This document shows, one piece after another, positions 55,617 through 55,699 of a stretch of 55,699 nt of DNA (positions are counted from its first letter, which is position 1; every line of letters starts with the position of its first letter). The translations under genes and the position numbers were made by a program. Location of the stretch: positions 1 to 55,699 of IMG/VR virus record IMGVR_UViG_3300032087_006210. One strand, 5' to 3'. A model generated the notes under the pieces. That model was not told the origin of the DNA, searched no databases, and saw only the letters and a list, made by a program, of their open reading frames with translations. The stretch is from a virus (taxonomy: Duplodnaviria; Caudoviricetes).

Positions 55617-55699
55617 CTCTATGGCAAAGTCTTCGTGATCTGACTCTAAGGAACCGCAAACCTTGTTATATTCTTCGTGGCAAGAGGGGCAATAATAAT

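Noticed and set aside
1-55699. Stop-codon reassignment, introns/inteins or a reverse-transcriptase system
   Set aside because: Core genes read through intact in the standard code at ordinary lengths, and no RT motifs were seen.

Overview
About 56 kb of a large tailed dsDNA phage genome, AT-rich overall and readable in the standard code. (1) 1-14 kb: virion and packaging module with a tail-tube-like gene, major capsid protein, protease/scaffold, portal, large terminase, ERCC4 nuclease, a sigma-factor-like gene and PhoH; many of these genes follow a short GTGTA late-promoter-like motif. (2) 14-29.4 kb: accessory and host-surface genes (GT4 and GT10 glycosyltransferases, sulfotransferase, 2OG oxygenase, beta-barrel, C-type lectin, ankyrin-nucleotide cyclase); several resemble Verrucomicrobiota proteins, so that host is an inference. 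(3) 29.5-39.8 kb: a more GC-rich early island of small genes, most with their own sigma70 promoter. It is cut into cassettes by eight copies of a 47-bp dyad, TTGAC(A/G)TCTAACG-N4-GCGG-N5-CCGC-N4-CGTTAGA(T/A)GTCAA, whose ends match integron attC cores (RYYYAAC...GTTRRRY). Twelve genes start with a near-leaderless GTTATGAG, and three cassettes end in its complement CCTCATAAC followed by a terminator. (4) 40-55.7 kb: minus-strand DNA metabolism genes (RuvB-like, HhH glycosylase, UvsE, ThyX, rIIA/rIIB, PurS). The island in (3) is the best candidate for an undescribed system. All protein calls come from motif recognition by eye; no searches were run.
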